64,000 bases of DNA from Truepera sp. (GTDB lineage: Bacteria > Deinococcota > Deinococci > Deinococcales > Trueperaceae), in NCBI GenBank assembly GCA_965218435.1, contig CBDCKW010000009.1, forward strand, positions 2,112,001-2,176,000. Reading direction: 5' to 3'. Of the stretch, positions 19,861-30,307 are shown in pieces (within the stretch, counting starts at the first letter, position 1; each line of letters starts with the position of its first letter). Under the pieces are notes generated by a model that did not search any database, was not told where the DNA came from, and worked only from the letters and a program-made list of their open reading frames with translations. The translations under genes and the position numbers were made by a program.

Positions 19861-20874
19861 GTGAGTCGTCCACGTGTGCTGCTGCTCTGCGGGGGTCGGT
19901 CGGACGAACACGACGTTTCATTGGCGTCGGCTCGGTCGGTGTTGGCGGCAGCAGGGGAGCGCCTCGAGCTCACCCCCTTAGTGATTGCCAGAGACGGTCA
20001 CCTGCTTTCAGCGGCAGCGTCTACAAAAGTTTTAGAAGATAGCTGCAGCGACATCACAACGACGCAGAGTGGCGGCTTGGAGCGGCTCGAGCCCAACGCT
20101 TTTGACGTTGTGTTCCCTCTCTTACACGGTCCTTTCGGAGAAGACGGCAGTGTTCAAGGACTGCTTAAGATCATGGGACTCCCCTTTGTCGGTTCGGACG
20201 TTCTAGGCAGCGCGGTCGGGATGGATAAGGGGATGATGAAGGCCGTCTTTGCTGCGCACGCTCTGCCGAACGTGCCTTACCAGTTGGTAACGCGGCGAGC
20301 GTGGTCGGAGAAACCCGACAGCGTTTTAGACGAACTCCGCGCCCTTCCCTATCCCGTGTTTGTTAAACCGGCCAATCTGGGCTCGTCAGTCGGTATCAGC
20401 CGCGCCGACGACGTAGCATCACTCCGGGCTGCACTCGACGAGGCCGCCCGCTTTGACCGCCGCATTGTCGTCGAACAAGGGCTTACGGAAGCGAGGGAGC
20501 TCGAGGTCGGCGTGCTCGGCAACGACGCTCCTGAAGCCAGCGTCGTTGGTGAAATCAGCTTTAGCAGCGCGTTTTATGACTACGCGAGCAAATACACCGA
20601 AGGCAGAGCGACGCTCCACATCCCGGCGGACTTGCCACAATCTGTGGCCGCAAAGTGCCAAGAGTTGGCTTTAACAGCGTTTCGGGCGATTGACGCAGCA
20701 GGGTTGGCCAGGGTGGACTTCTTTTTGCACGAGGGCAAACTTTATTTGAATGAAATCAACACCATGCCCGGTTTTACCACCACCAGCATGTACCCGAAAC
20801 TCTGGGAAGCGTCGGGCGTTCCTTACGAAGAGCTCGTGGCACGGCTCGTTGAGCTGGCCTTAGAGCCGCGCTGA
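19861..20874 (+). CDS. ddl: D-alanine--D-alanine ligase
   Basis: GGRSDEHDVS, LHGPFGEDG, GSSVG and NEINTMPG motifs. Confidence 0.96.
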   Translation: MSRPRVLLLCGGRSDEHDVSLASARSVLAAAGERLELTPLVIARDGHLLSAAASTKVLEDSCSDITTTQSGGLERLEPNAFDVVFPLLHGPFGEDGSVQGLLKIMGLPFVGSDVLGSAVGMDKGMMKAVFAAHALPNVPYQLVTRRAWSEKPDSVLDELRALPYPVFVKPANLGSSVGISRADDVASLRAALDEAARFDRRIVVEQGLTEARELEVGVLGNDAPEASVVGEISFSSAFYDYASKYTEGRATLHIPADLPQSVAAKCQELALTAFRAIDAAGLARVDFFLHEGKLYLNEINTMPGFTTTSMYPKLWEASGVPYEELVARLVELALEPR

Positions 20875-21249
20875 CGTATGACAGACGAGCACTAGGATGA
20901 GGTATCAAAAAGTATGCAGCAAAGAAGGTAGGACAGCGGTTTTTAACGTTTTTAGTACGTGAGAGATGCTATTTTCTCCTCGAGGTTTTTTAGGTCAGCA
21001 ACTTCTTCATTCTTTATTCCGGATTCCCACTTTTTCCAGAAGGTTAGCTATGAATGCTTTCAACTGACCCTAAAAGGCCAGCAGATTCCATGAATCGCCA
21101 ACTAATTTTTCTCTGATATAAAACGGGTTATACTCGGCTATCTCAAGCGAGGAGGCGTCGCCGCCGACTACTACCTGACCCCCGACGAAGCAGAGAGCGT
21201 TTTTGCTGAAGAAGCGGACTCGAAGATTGCCAACGTCAACGCAACGCGC

Positions 21250-21747
21250 GTGCTGATCTTAAACGCGTCTTACGAGCCGCTGCATGTGTGCTCGGTTAAA
21301 CGTGCCGTTGCCCTGTTGATGCACGAGATCGCCGAACGCGTCGAAGACTCGGACAAGGTGCTGCGCTCCCCGAGTCAAGTGTTCCCGGTGCCGAGCGTGA
21401 TTCGCCTTAAAAAGTTCGTCAAACGCCCACCGCGTCACCGCGTCGCCTTCAACCGTAAAAACGTCTTTCGCCGCGATGACCACACCTGTCAGTACTGCCT
21501 CAGCAAAACGAGTGACCTGACTTTAGACCACGTAACGCCGAGGAGCCGGGGCGGAGGGACGAGCTGGGAAAATGTCGTGGCGTGCTGTCGGCGCTGCAAC
21601 GCCAAAAAACGTGACCGCACGCCCGAAGAGGCGGCGATGCTCCTGAGACGTAAGCCCTACGCGCCCCGCTTTATGTTTTCGTCGGCGTACGGGATTTTGC
21701 CCAACATTGACAAGATTTGGGAAAAGTATCTGCCTCGTAGCGGCTAA
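21250..21747 (+). CDS. HNH endonuclease (McrA-like housekeeping type)
   Basis: LNASYEPL, CQYC, DHVTPRSRGG and CRRCNAKK motifs. The true start may lie upstream. Confidence 0.9.
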   Translation: MLILNASYEPLHVCSVKRAVALLMHEIAERVEDSDKVLRSPSQVFPVPSVIRLKKFVKRPPRHRVAFNRKNVFRRDDHTCQYCLSKTSDLTLDHVTPRSRGGGTSWENVVACCRRCNAKKRDRTPEEAAMLLRRKPYAPRFMFSSAYGILPNIDKIWEKYLPRSG

Positions 21748-21802
21748 GTAGCGTAGCAGCATCCATCACCAAGCGTAAAGCGTAATCACAAGAGGTTACA
21801 AG

Positions 21803-22345
21803 GTGAAGTGGAAACGCCTCAGTTCTAAAAAAATCGTCGGTGACCGGTGGTTATCGTTAAGGGCAGATACATGTGAGCTGCCAAATGGTCAAGTTATAAA
21901 GCCTTACTACGTTTTAGAAGAAAAAGAGTACGTTCACGTCTACGCGCAAAACGAGCAAGGTCAAATCTTAGTCGTCGAGCAGTACCGTTATGCGGCGGAC
22001 GCGCTTTGCGCTGAACTTCCCGGCGGCATTGCCGAAGACGGCGAAGCCTTGCTCGAGGCGGCTAAACGCGAACTTTTAGAAGAGACAGGGTACGCTGCCG
22101 AGACCTGGATCAAGGTAGGTCATTCGTTTGCCAATCCCGCGAGGCAAACCAACCGAGTTCACGTCTTTTTAGCCCAAAACCTTGTACGTCAAGCGGAGCA
22201 AAAGCTCGACGAAACCGAAGCCATCTCGTGTAGCTTTGTCTCTATAGCTGACATCAAACGCATGATTGCAGAAGCGAAATTTTCTCAAGCTTTGCATATC
22301 GCCTCTTTTTACACAGCTTTAGAAGCTTCGCGGTTACCGTTGTGA
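21803..22345 (+). CDS. NUDIX hydrolase
   Basis: Nudix box GIAEDGEALLEAAKRELLEETG. Confidence 0.9.
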   Translation: MKWKRLSSKKIVGDRWLSLRADTCELPNGQVIKPYYVLEEKEYVHVYAQNEQGQILVVEQYRYAADALCAELPGGIAEDGEALLEAAKRELLEETGYAAETWIKVGHSFANPARQTNRVHVFLAQNLVRQAEQKLDETEAISCSFVSIADIKRMIAEAKFSQALHIASFYTALEASRLPL

Positions 22346-22378
22346 CTTTTGGCTGAGCGTAGTAGCATTTAGGTCCGG

Positions 22379-22804
22379 ATGAGAATCAGAAAAGCAACTG
22401 AAGCCGACAGCGCAGAGGTCAAGGCTCTTGACACGGTTGTGCCGCTTGACGCGACCAGGGCCGAGCAGATTGATACGTGGCTGGGGCGCGACGAGGTTTT
22501 GGTAGCTGAAGACGGGCAGATCGTGGGTTACGGCGTTTTTAACCATGCCTTTTTTCGGCGGGGCAACGTTGACATGCTGATGATTCACCCCGACTGCCGG
22601 GGGCAGAAGATCGGTGAATACCTGTTACGTGAGCTTGAAAACCTGTGTGATACCCCAAAACTTTGGGTGACGACCAACATGTCAAATCACCGGATGCAGC
22701 GTCTTTTAACGCGTTTAGGTTATGAACCTGCGGGTTACATTCATGAACTCGACCCCGGTGACCCCGAACTCATTTTCTGCAAACGTTTGGCGCAACCTCG
22801 TTAG
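22379..22804 (+). CDS. GNAT family N-acetyltransferase
   Basis: RGQKIG acetyl-CoA motif and N..MQRLL..LGY. Confidence 0.85.
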   Translation: MRIRKATEADSAEVKALDTVVPLDATRAEQIDTWLGRDEVLVAEDGQIVGYGVFNHAFFRRGNVDMLMIHPDCRGQKIGEYLLRELENLCDTPKLWVTTNMSNHRMQRLLTRLGYEPAGYIHELDPGDPELIFCKRLAQPR

Positions 22805-23007
22805 GCGCTGCCGAGGCGTTAGACACGTCGGCTAAAAGTGTAGAGCTATCACGACGTGACGCGTTACCGAAACGTCTGAACCCGTAAGCTTGCGACGTTA
22901 GTCAAAATGAGCTACCCGGTAAAAAAACCTTTATACTTACCGAGGTTGACTGCGACATTATTCGCTGAACGTGTCACACGCGCTCAGCTCAACTGAAAGG
23001 AGCTAAG

Positions 23008-23196
23008 ATGCTCTCGTTTGTCATCCCCGAAGACCCGCGCGTTCCCGACCCTAACGTCCCACCAATCCCTCCCATAGACCCGGCCGAGCCGCCGCCCATC
23101 GGCGACCCCGATACGCACGAGCCGCCGCTGGAGGACCCTGACCCGCACGAGCCGCCCGTTCAGGAGCCGCCGCCCGGTTGGGGTGATAGGGCGTAG
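23008..23196 (+). CDS. Small Pro/Asp-rich hypothetical protein
   Basis: AAAGGAG RBS and repeated DP..HEPP units. Confidence 0.55.
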   Translation: MLSFVIPEDPRVPDPNVPPIPPIDPAEPPPIGDPDTHEPPLEDPDPHEPPVQEPPPGWGDRA

Positions 23197-23242
23197 CTGT
23201 ATTTAGGTCGTGGGACAGGGCTCGAGCCGGTACACTTAACGC

Positions 23243-23835
23243 ATGGCTGGACCTATCCTCGAGCGGTTTTTCAGCGTTTTGGAGCACGACCTTTTACCCT
23301 TGACCGAGCAGGGCGTCGCGCAAGGAAACAAGGTCTTCGGCGCAGCAATTTTGCGTAAAAGTGACCTGAGCCTCGTCGTTGCGGGCACCGACGAAGAGAC
23401 GCTCAACCCACTGTGGAACCCACTGTGGCACGGTGAAATAAGTTGCCTCAACCGTTTTTGGGCGCTTCCAAAACGGCCCGACCCGAAAGATTGTCTATTT
23501 TTGTCGAGCCACGAACCCTGCTCTTTGTGCCTGTCGGCGATTACCTGGAGCGGGTTTGACAACTTTTACTACCTGGTTAGCTATGAAGACTCGAGAGACG
23601 CCTTTAAGATTCCGCACGACCTGAATTAGATGAGGTTCCCGCGTGTAAAAACGGCGCTTACCGGAGGCGCAACGCGTTCTGGACGAGTTACACCTTGCTG
23701 GCGCTGATAGATGAAGCAGCGGCAGCGCAAAGAGCAGGGTGGTGGGGGCGGGTTGAAAAACTGTGCGCGGCTTATGCCCAACTTTCAGACGTTTATCAGA
23801 CCCATAAAGCCGAGCAAAACATCCCGCTCGACTAG
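23243..23835 (+). pseudogene. Nucleoside deaminase, frameshifted near 23626
   Basis: HGE and PCSLC zinc motifs. After TAG 23629 a family-like C-terminus (LDEV...NAFW...YQTHKAEQNIPLD*) continues in another frame to 23835. Confidence 0.8.
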
Positions 23836-23880
23836 GGCCTGATACCTGCGTGTTTTCGGGCTCAGAGTTTGCAGCTTCAG

Positions 23881-24837
23881 CTAAACGACCTTGATGACAA
23901 TTTTGCCGTACACGTCTTCGCCGCCCGACTCGAGCTTCCGGTGTGCGTCGGCTACTTCTGTCAGCGGGTAGGTGTGGCTGATGACTGACTTTAGCCGTCC
24001 CCACTCGAACAGGTTTCGCATGGCCCCCAACTTCTCTTTGGCGTTTTCTAAATGCACGAAGCTGACGCTGATGTTGCGCCGCATCGCCGGATTCAGGTCG
24101 CCCTGTGCCCCGGTCACGGTGACGATCTTGCCCCCCGGCCGGACTGCACCGATACTCGGCGCGACGAGCTTACCGCCTGCAGCGTCGAGCGCAACGTCAA
24201 CCCCGACGCCCACCGTTTCACGCATCACGACCTCCGTAAAGTCTTCCGTGCGGTAGTCCACCACGACGTCGGCCCCGAGCGACGAGACGAGCTCGGCGTC
24301 ATAACTGCCGCAGGTGGCAATCACGAACGCCCCTGCCGCGTGCGCGAGCTGCACCGCAAAGGTGCCGACACCGCCCCCTGCTCCGTGAAGCAGGACGCGT
24401 TGTCCGAGCCTCAGGTCGGCGGCAGTGATGAGCGCGGCGTAGGCCGTGCCCCCTGCAACGGGCACCGCCGCCGCCTCTGCAAACGACAGGTTTTTTGGTT
24501 TAAGCGTGGCTGCGCTGGCGGCGACCGCGTGGTATTCGGCGTTTGCGCCGCTACGTGGGTCGGTCAGTTCGACGGCGTAGTATACCTCGTCGCCTTCATG
24601 AAATGCCTCGACGTTCGCCCCGACCTGCTCAACCACGCCCGCCACATCAAAACCGAGCACCAGCGGCGTTTTCATCATCGCACCGAACATTCCGCTGCGC
24701 AGGCCCACATCAGCTGGATTGACCGAAGTCGCATAGACCTTGACGAGCAAGTCGTTCGGGCCGATGTCAGGGACGTTCCGCTCTTGTAACTCGAGGTTCT
24801 CCGCTGAACCGAATTCTGTTAAGACCACTGCTTTCAT
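23881..24837 (-). CDS. NADP-dependent oxidoreductase (MDR/quinone reductase family)
   Basis: SVNPAD, HGAGGGVG and GKIVI motifs. Confidence 0.9.
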   Translation of the reverse strand: MKAVVLTEFGSAENLELQERNVPDIGPNDLLVKVYATSVNPADVGLRSGMFGAMMKTPLVLGFDVAGVVEQVGANVEAFHEGDEVYYAVELTDPRSGANAEYHAVAASAATLKPKNLSFAEAAAVPVAGGTAYAALITAADLRLGQRVLLHGAGGGVGTFAVQLAHAAGAFVIATCGSYDAELVSSLGADVVVDYRTEDFTEVVMRETVGVGVDVALDAAGGKLVAPSIGAVRPGGKIVTVTGAQGDLNPAMRRNISVSFVHLENAKEKLGAMRNLFEWGRLKSVISHTYPLTEVADAHRKLESGGEDVYGKIVIKVV

Positions 24838-24890
24838 AAGCCCCCTGGATCAAGCTTGATTCCTCTTGGTTTACTGACGCCGTTTATCAG

Positions 24891-25785
24891 TAGACCTCCG
24901 GCGAAAGTCACGTAACTTGTAGGTCATAATTATAGAGCGCAGCGATGAGGTTGAGCCTGAGACCGAAACGGCGTCTTCTATGACGGTAAGTTTCTTTAAG
25001 AACGCGGAAGACTTTGAGCTTACGAATGACATGTTCAGCTACGATGCGTTCTCTGGCCAAGGTGCGGTTATGAGCTTTTTGTTCATAAGTGAGTACCTTG
25101 CCACGCCAGCGCTTATGCGGGGTGCGGCTGTTAGCGTGGAACTTAGCAACGCCTTGAAAGCCGCTGTCTGAGAGGAGTTGGGTGTCTTTATACAAGTGCT
25201 GGGCACAGCGACTCTGCTCGAGTAGCTTGAAGTCGTGTCGGCGTCCTTTGCCATAAGCTGTACTAAGGATGCACTTTGTCTTTAGGTTGACAAAAACCTG
25301 GCTCTTTTGCGTATGCTGTTTTTTCTTACCCGAGTAGTAAGCCCGCTGTTTTTTTGGGGCGTTCAATCGGTGATTCGGCGATGTCTACCACGACGACTTC
25401 TAAGTTGTGGTCATCGCGCAGTGCTTTACGCCCCGGTAGCGTGAAATCGCCCAAGCTGATGAGTGCTTCTTCCACTCGTTCTATCGTCCGCCGCACCGTA
25501 CTTTCGTCAACCTGCCAGTCCTCTGCAAGATGAAAGTGCGTCCGATACTCTCGCCAAAAAGAAAGCGTCAGTACAAGTTGGTCTTCTAAACCTAAAGCGG
25601 GCGTGCGCCCTCGTTTCTTTTTCTTTAGCTCTCGTGCTTTAAGTATCTCTAACATTTTCGCAAACGTCGGCGGCTTGACCCCAAGTTTGCGCTTGAACTT
25701 CTCAGTCGGTAATGCCAGACTTCGCACGGTTTGCTCTCGCATTCTTACAGTCTGTCATCTTTGACCTACTTTCGCCGGAGGTCTA
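24891..25785 (-). mobile_element. IS5-family (ISL2/IS1381-like) element with two-ORF frameshift transposase (25326-25742 and 24908-25366)
   Basis: 18-bp inverted ends TAGACCTCCGGCGAAAGT (outer TA probably the target duplication). A7 slippery run at the ORF overlap. Confidence 0.92.
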
Positions 25786-25791
25786 GTGTGT

Positions 25792-26673
25792 TTAAGAAAA
25801 CGCCTCTTGATGACGCTCTACCCACGTTTCTAAAGTTGTAAGTTCTACGGGGATTTTCGTGAGCGCCCCTTCGATATCAACCTGTGAAGAGAACAACTCA
25901 GGTTTTTCGTAAGCCACTGCGTACCCCTGCGCTGCCCCTTGACCCATCCCCGGAAACACTGCATCGAGTTTTTCGCCGAACTCCTCGGCGGGCATCGCCC
26001 GAAAGGTGATCTCGCGGCCCAAGGCGCGGCTGAAGCGTTCAGCAACCTCTTGTCCGTTGAGCCGCTCCGGGCCACTGATATTGAGGTTTAAGGGAGCTAA
26101 GTCGGGATGGGCGAACACGTAAGTAGCAAACGTGCCGACATCTTCGGTCGCCAACCACTGCATCTTGACCCCCAAAGGTGTCGGATAGGCAAACGTGTTC
26201 TCTTGGACAAGCTCTTCACGGGTCCACGGACCTAAGAAGTTCTCCATATAGGCGGTCGGCTGCAAGACCACGTAAGGGACGCCGCTCCCGGTAATCACAT
26301 CTAAGATGTCGAGCCGCATATCAAAGGCAGGATTCGCTCCCCTGACAGGCGGAATCTCGCCGCTGGCGTTCCAGACGAGCAGCTTGACGCCTGTGTCGGC
26401 AGCAGCTGCCACAGCGTTTTTGGCGTAGGTGAGGCCGTCGTCCGGGCGTTCGGTAAAAAACGGGATGTGTAAAAAGACACCTTCAGTACCCTCGGAAGCT
26501 TTCGCTAAGCTCTCCGCGTCGGCCATATCGCCCTGACAAACCTGTGCGCTCTCCAAACCCTGAACTTTGCTCGGGTCTCTCGTCAAGATGCGGACCGTGT
26601 GCCCCGCTACCAACAACTTACGAGCGACCGGCCCACCCTGTGACCCCGTGGCCCCGTAACTTAAAATCTTCAC
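25792..26673 (-). CDS. NmrA family NAD(P)-binding protein
   Basis: GATGSQGG Rossmann motif and PTAYMENF. Confidence 0.88.
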   Translation of the reverse strand: MKILSYGATGSQGGPVARKLLVAGHTVRILTRDPSKVQGLESAQVCQGDMADAESLAKASEGTEGVFLHIPFFTERPDDGLTYAKNAVAAAADTGVKLLVWNASGEIPPVRGANPAFDMRLDILDVITGSGVPYVVLQPTAYMENFLGPWTREELVQENTFAYPTPLGVKMQWLATEDVGTFATYVFAHPDLAPLNLNISGPERLNGQEVAERFSRALGREITFRAMPAEEFGEKLDAVFPGMGQGAAQGYAVAYEKPELFSSQVDIEGALTKIPVELTTLETWVERHQEAFS

Positions 26674-26792
26674 GCCAACCTCCTACGAGGAGCCTACCGC
26701 TTATGCTTTTGTAAATAAAGTAGTTACATATTTTTTATATAGTTTCAATTTATGAACTCTGGTGACGCGAAGCGGAGTGCTAAGATGGGGTC

Positions 26793-27161
26793 ATGAATGA
26801 GGTTATAGGCAGTACCAAGGCAGACGACGCACTAACCGACGCCTACGCCCAAAGAGTCAGGGACGACGCCCGCTGCACCGTTGAACGTTCCGCCGACGTC
26901 TTGAGCGGCAAATGGACGACGCTGATCTTAAGAGATTTACTCGGAGGACCCAAGCGTTTCGGTGAACTGCGGCGCTCGCTTGTAGGCGTCAGCCCCAAAA
27001 CCCTGACGGATAGACTTAAGAGCCTCGAGGCCGAAGGCGTGTTGACCCGGACGCTCTACCCGGAGATGCCGCCCCGCACCGAGTACCGGCTGACCGAAAA
27101 AGGTGCGGCCCTCCGCCCCGTGATCGAAGCGATGGCCGCGTGGGGCGAGGTGTGGACGTAA
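26793..27161 (+). CDS. HxlR family winged-helix regulator
   Basis: GKWT.LI, LTDRLKSLE and PPRTEYRLT motifs. Divergent from NmrA; leaderless TAAGAT-N6-ATG. Confidence 0.92.
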   Translation: MNEVIGSTKADDALTDAYAQRVRDDARCTVERSADVLSGKWTTLILRDLLGGPKRFGELRRSLVGVSPKTLTDRLKSLEAEGVLTRTLYPEMPPRTEYRLTEKGAALRPVIEAMAAWGEVWT

Positions 27162-27172
27162 AGATTAAGGGT

Positions 27173-28780
27173 TTAAGACGGTGTGGCCGACGCTAACAGA
27201 GACGTCCAGTTGACGTTTTGGTCGCGGAGATCGTCCGCTGAAGGCAGCGTACCGAGCCGCAAACACTCTTCTACCGCGCAGAGGTCGGTATCGCGCCCTA
27301 CGCCGAAGACAGCCCGGAGTTTACCGTTCTCTAAGTAATAGGCTAAAAACTTCTGCGCCCCCACGTCGCCGTCTACAACGACTTCGTCCCAGTTTTCGGC
27401 GTGCCCAACGTAGCGAAACGACGTGCCGTACTGCTGCGTCCAAAAAAAGGCGACATCACCAAACTTACTCTCTTGGCCTGCCATGTTTTGACCTGCCATA
27501 TTGTGCGCCGCCGCCCGACCGTGCTGCATCGCCAGACGCCAGTGTTCGACGCGGATAGGCTGACCGGTCAGGGCGTCGGGATAGCGGGCGTGGTCACCGG
27601 CGGCGTAGATAGGGCCATAGTCACCGATAAGCCGCAGCGTAGCGTCTACCGACACGCTGCCATCGTCGTTCAGCTCAGCGCCGTCTATCGTCGGTAAGGT
27701 CGGTTTAACCCCTATCCCGACGACGACGAGATCGGCGGGCAATTCGCGCCCATCCTCCAAAACAACCTGCTCAACCCGAGCGTCCCCGAGAAACCGTGTG
27801 ACCTGCTGTTCGGCGACGAACTCGACCCCGTTGTCTTCGTGAAGGTTGCGGAACATTTCCCCGACTTCCGTGCCAAAAAGTCCCTCGAAAGGAACTGCTT
27901 GCGGGGTCACGACCGTCACCGCCAGCCCGCGCTGACGGAGCGACGCGGCGCACTCGAGCCCGATAAAACTCCCACCGACGACAACCGCCCGCTGGCCCTC
28001 TTCAGCCGCAGCAACCAACTGCTCGGCGTCATGCAGTGTGCGCAGGTAAAACACACCGCTCAGGTCGTTGCTAGGAACCTCCAGAGAAACCGGTGTGCTT
28101 CCCGAAGCGAGCAGCAACGCGTCGTAATGCAGGGTGTCGCCGTTTTGAAAGGTAAGCTGCTGCGCTGCCGGGTCAACTTGCGTAACAGTCTGATTGGTCA
28201 AGAGCTCGAGGCCGTACTTGTCATAAAACGACGCGTCACGTAGCGGTTTGGAGTCTGCTGCGCCCGCCAAAAAGCCTTTACTCAGCATCGTGCGGTCGTA
28301 CGGCGCAGTTTCCTCTTGCGTGATGAGCACCACGCGGCCCCGAAAGCCATCTTCGCGCAGCGTCTGCGCCGCCGTGGTCCCGGCTGCACCTGCGCCGACG
28401 ATCACAAACACGCGCGTGTCGGCGCTATCTGCTGTGGCCAGCTCTGGAAGGCGGTCTTTAGGTATATCGTCCTCGTCAGGAAGCGTGACGAAAAGCGCGT
28501 CGCCTTTATGCGTGACCTCGAAATGGGCCAGCGCGTCGAGTGAGGGGGGCTCGAGCAGATCGCCGGTTTGGGCTGAAAAACAGGCGTGGTGCCACGGGCA
28601 CATAAGCCGCGACCCGTTTAGAACGCCCTGAGCTAAAGGCGCACCCTTGTGCGGACAGGTGGCCTGAAACGCGGCGATATGGCTCCCGGTACGAACCAAC
28701 AGCAGGTCGGTGTCCCCGGCCGTAACTGCTTTTAGCTCACCGTCTTGAAGGTCACTTTGCTGAGCTACTTGAAAAGTCAT
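27173..28780 (-). CDS. Rieske [2Fe-2S] domain fused to FAD-dependent oxidoreductase (AIF-like)
   Basis: CPH...CPWH Rieske motif, GAGAAG, GGSFIGLE and FFWTQQY. Confidence 0.9.
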   Translation of the reverse strand: MTFQVAQQSDLQDGELKAVTAGDTDLLLVRTGSHIAAFQATCPHKGAPLAQGVLNGSRLMCPWHHACFSAQTGDLLEPPSLDALAHFEVTHKGDALFVTLPDEDDIPKDRLPELATADSADTRVFVIVGAGAAGTTAAQTLREDGFRGRVVLITQEETAPYDRTMLSKGFLAGAADSKPLRDASFYDKYGLELLTNQTVTQVDPAAQQLTFQNGDTLHYDALLLASGSTPVSLEVPSNDLSGVFYLRTLHDAEQLVAAAEEGQRAVVVGGSFIGLECAASLRQRGLAVTVVTPQAVPFEGLFGTEVGEMFRNLHEDNGVEFVAEQQVTRFLGDARVEQVVLEDGRELPADLVVVGIGVKPTLPTIDGAELNDDGSVSVDATLRLIGDYGPIYAAGDHARYPDALTGQPIRVEHWRLAMQHGRAAAHNMAGQNMAGQESKFGDVAFFWTQQYGTSFRYVGHAENWDEVVVDGDVGAQKFLAYYLENGKLRAVFGVGRDTDLCAVEECLRLGTLPSADDLRDQNVNWTSLLASATPS

Positions 28781-28920
28781 CAACTCTCCCGACGTTTGGA
28801 TTGCCTTAAGTCTAAATTGTCTCAAGTCTAACGAACGTCCCGTGCTAGAGCGTAGTGCCAAGCCGCATTTGGCTTAACTTCAGCCGGTAGACGCACGCTG
28901 ATAAGGCACCCGGCCTAAAA

Positions 28921-29607
28921 TCATAACGACACCCGGCCGATCAGCTGAGCCGCTGGCTGGCCGTCACCTCGGGGCTCGAGCCCGACCTCAAACGCGTCAA
29001 ACCCTTCCGTATTTAGCGGTAACAGGCGGTCTACTGTAGTCCCCAAGTCGGTACGGTTCACGCCTTTAAGTCCCCAGACCCGGTAGACCATCCCGCGGGG
29101 CGGGTTGTCTTTTTGTACGAGTAGGGCGCGGCCGTCCGGATAGGTACAAATCACCCCCGGAAACGCGTCGCCGCCACCTTGAAGCGGGCGGATGGTCAGG
29201 TCGGGGTGGTTCATCCAGGCGGCTAACGCAGCTTGCTCGTGCCCGAGCTTTGTAAGCTGCTGGTTTTGCTTAAGACCCCAACCCAGACTGCCGAGCAGCA
29301 GCAAACATACCGCGGCCAGTGCCCAACGCCCGACCGTTTGACGAGCAAAGGCCGAGCGCCGTGAGCGCCGCGGCGCACCACCCGGAGATACTAGAGACGC
29401 GCGGCGGGCCTGAAGTTTACGCCACGCATCTTCGGGTGGTTTTTGGAGCGACAACGCGTCAGGCAGGGCGTAAAACGTCGCTTGTAAGCGTTTAACCCTT
29501 TCTCGGCACTCCGCGCAGCCCTCAAGGTGCGCCTCGAGCGCCCGCGCTTCTTCGGGAGCTAAAGAGCCGAGCACATAGTCAGCGAGGGTTTCGGTCGGCC
29601 GGCTCAT
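28921..29607 (-). CDS. Anti-sigma factor (zinc-finger ZAS, TM, RskA-like domain)
   Basis: HLEGCAEC, one TM segment and YRVW; translationally coupled to the ECF gene. Confidence 0.85.
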   Translation of the reverse strand: MSRPTETLADYVLGSLAPEEARALEAHLEGCAECRERVKRLQATFYALPDALSLQKPPEDAWRKLQARRASLVSPGGAPRRSRRSAFARQTVGRWALAAVCLLLLGSLGWGLKQNQQLTKLGHEQAALAAWMNHPDLTIRPLQGGGDAFPGVICTYPDGRALLVQKDNPPRGMVYRVWGLKGVNRTDLGTTVDRLLPLNTEGFDAFEVGLEPRGDGQPAAQLIGRVSL

Positions 29608-30137
29608 ACGTCGTCCAATAAGGTGTGGAGTTTAAGCAGCGCGCGGCGCAGCTTGCTTTTAAGGGTACCGAGTGGGAGGTGGTGACGCGCGGCCAACTGC
29701 TCATGACTTATCCCTTCATAAAATGACGCCTCGAGCAGTGTTCGTTCTTGCAGACTAAGCTGTGAAAGCGCGTCGTGCACAGCGATATTAGAGAGTGTAT
29801 CAGCTTCTTGCGGCGCAGCGAGAGAGGCGGCTACCAGCGAGATGTCGTAGTCGGTCGTAACCGGGGTGCGCTTACGAACCCGGAGCCTTGAAAGTGCCTG
29901 GTTACGGGCAATGGCGTAGATAAACGTTTTTAAGGGCGCGCGTTCGGCGTCGAAACGTGACGCCTCCTGGTAGAGCTTTAGAAAGGTATCTTGCAAGACC
30001 TCTTCCGCCTCCTCTCGGCTTTTCAAAATCTGGAGCGCCAACGTAAAAACAGGGGCGGCGTAACGCTTATAGAGATTTTCTGCCGCGTCACCGTGTCCTT
30101 GGGCTACTCGCTGAATAAGCTCGTCGTCCGTCACCAT
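29604..30137 (-). CDS. ECF RNA polymerase sigma factor (SigK-like)
   Basis: AEEVLQDTF, IARN and PLGTLKSKLRRAL motifs. Confidence 0.92.
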   Translation of the reverse strand: MVTDDELIQRVAQGHGDAAENLYKRYAAPVFTLALQILKSREEAEEVLQDTFLKLYQEASRFDAERAPLKTFIYAIARNQALSRLRVRKRTPVTTDYDISLVAASLAAPQEADTLSNIAVHDALSQLSLQERTLLEASFYEGISHEQLAARHHLPLGTLKSKLRRALLKLHTLLDDV

Positions 30138-30150
30138 GCGTTACTAAACC

Positions 30151-30179
30151 ATACGCTCAGCGGCCCGGCTTTAGATGCA
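30151..30179 (-). promoter_or_regulatory. Putative ECF promoter for the sigma operon
   Basis: TGCATCTAA-N15-CGTAT on the minus strand. Confidence 0.7.
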
Positions 30180-30201
30180 TTTATGGGTCTTGAGTCTTCG
30201 G

Positions 30202-30230
30202 TGCATCTAACGCCGCCTGTTCGGTCGTAT
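30202..30230 (+). promoter_or_regulatory. Putative ECF promoter for the divergent secreted-protein genes
   Basis: TGCATCTAA-N15-CGTAT on the plus strand. Confidence 0.7.
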
Positions 30231-30307
30231 TGAAGGGTGAAAGGAGAGTTCGACCACCCGCCCACGCCCTGCCAGCTAAACCTCTCGACCTATGAAAGGA
30301 AACACTT

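Noticed and set aside
24052..24789. 245-aa ORF antisense to the oxidoreductase, and similar long antisense ORFs over ftsA, nusA and infB
   Set aside because: Shadow ORFs expected from GC-rich codon bias, with no motifs.
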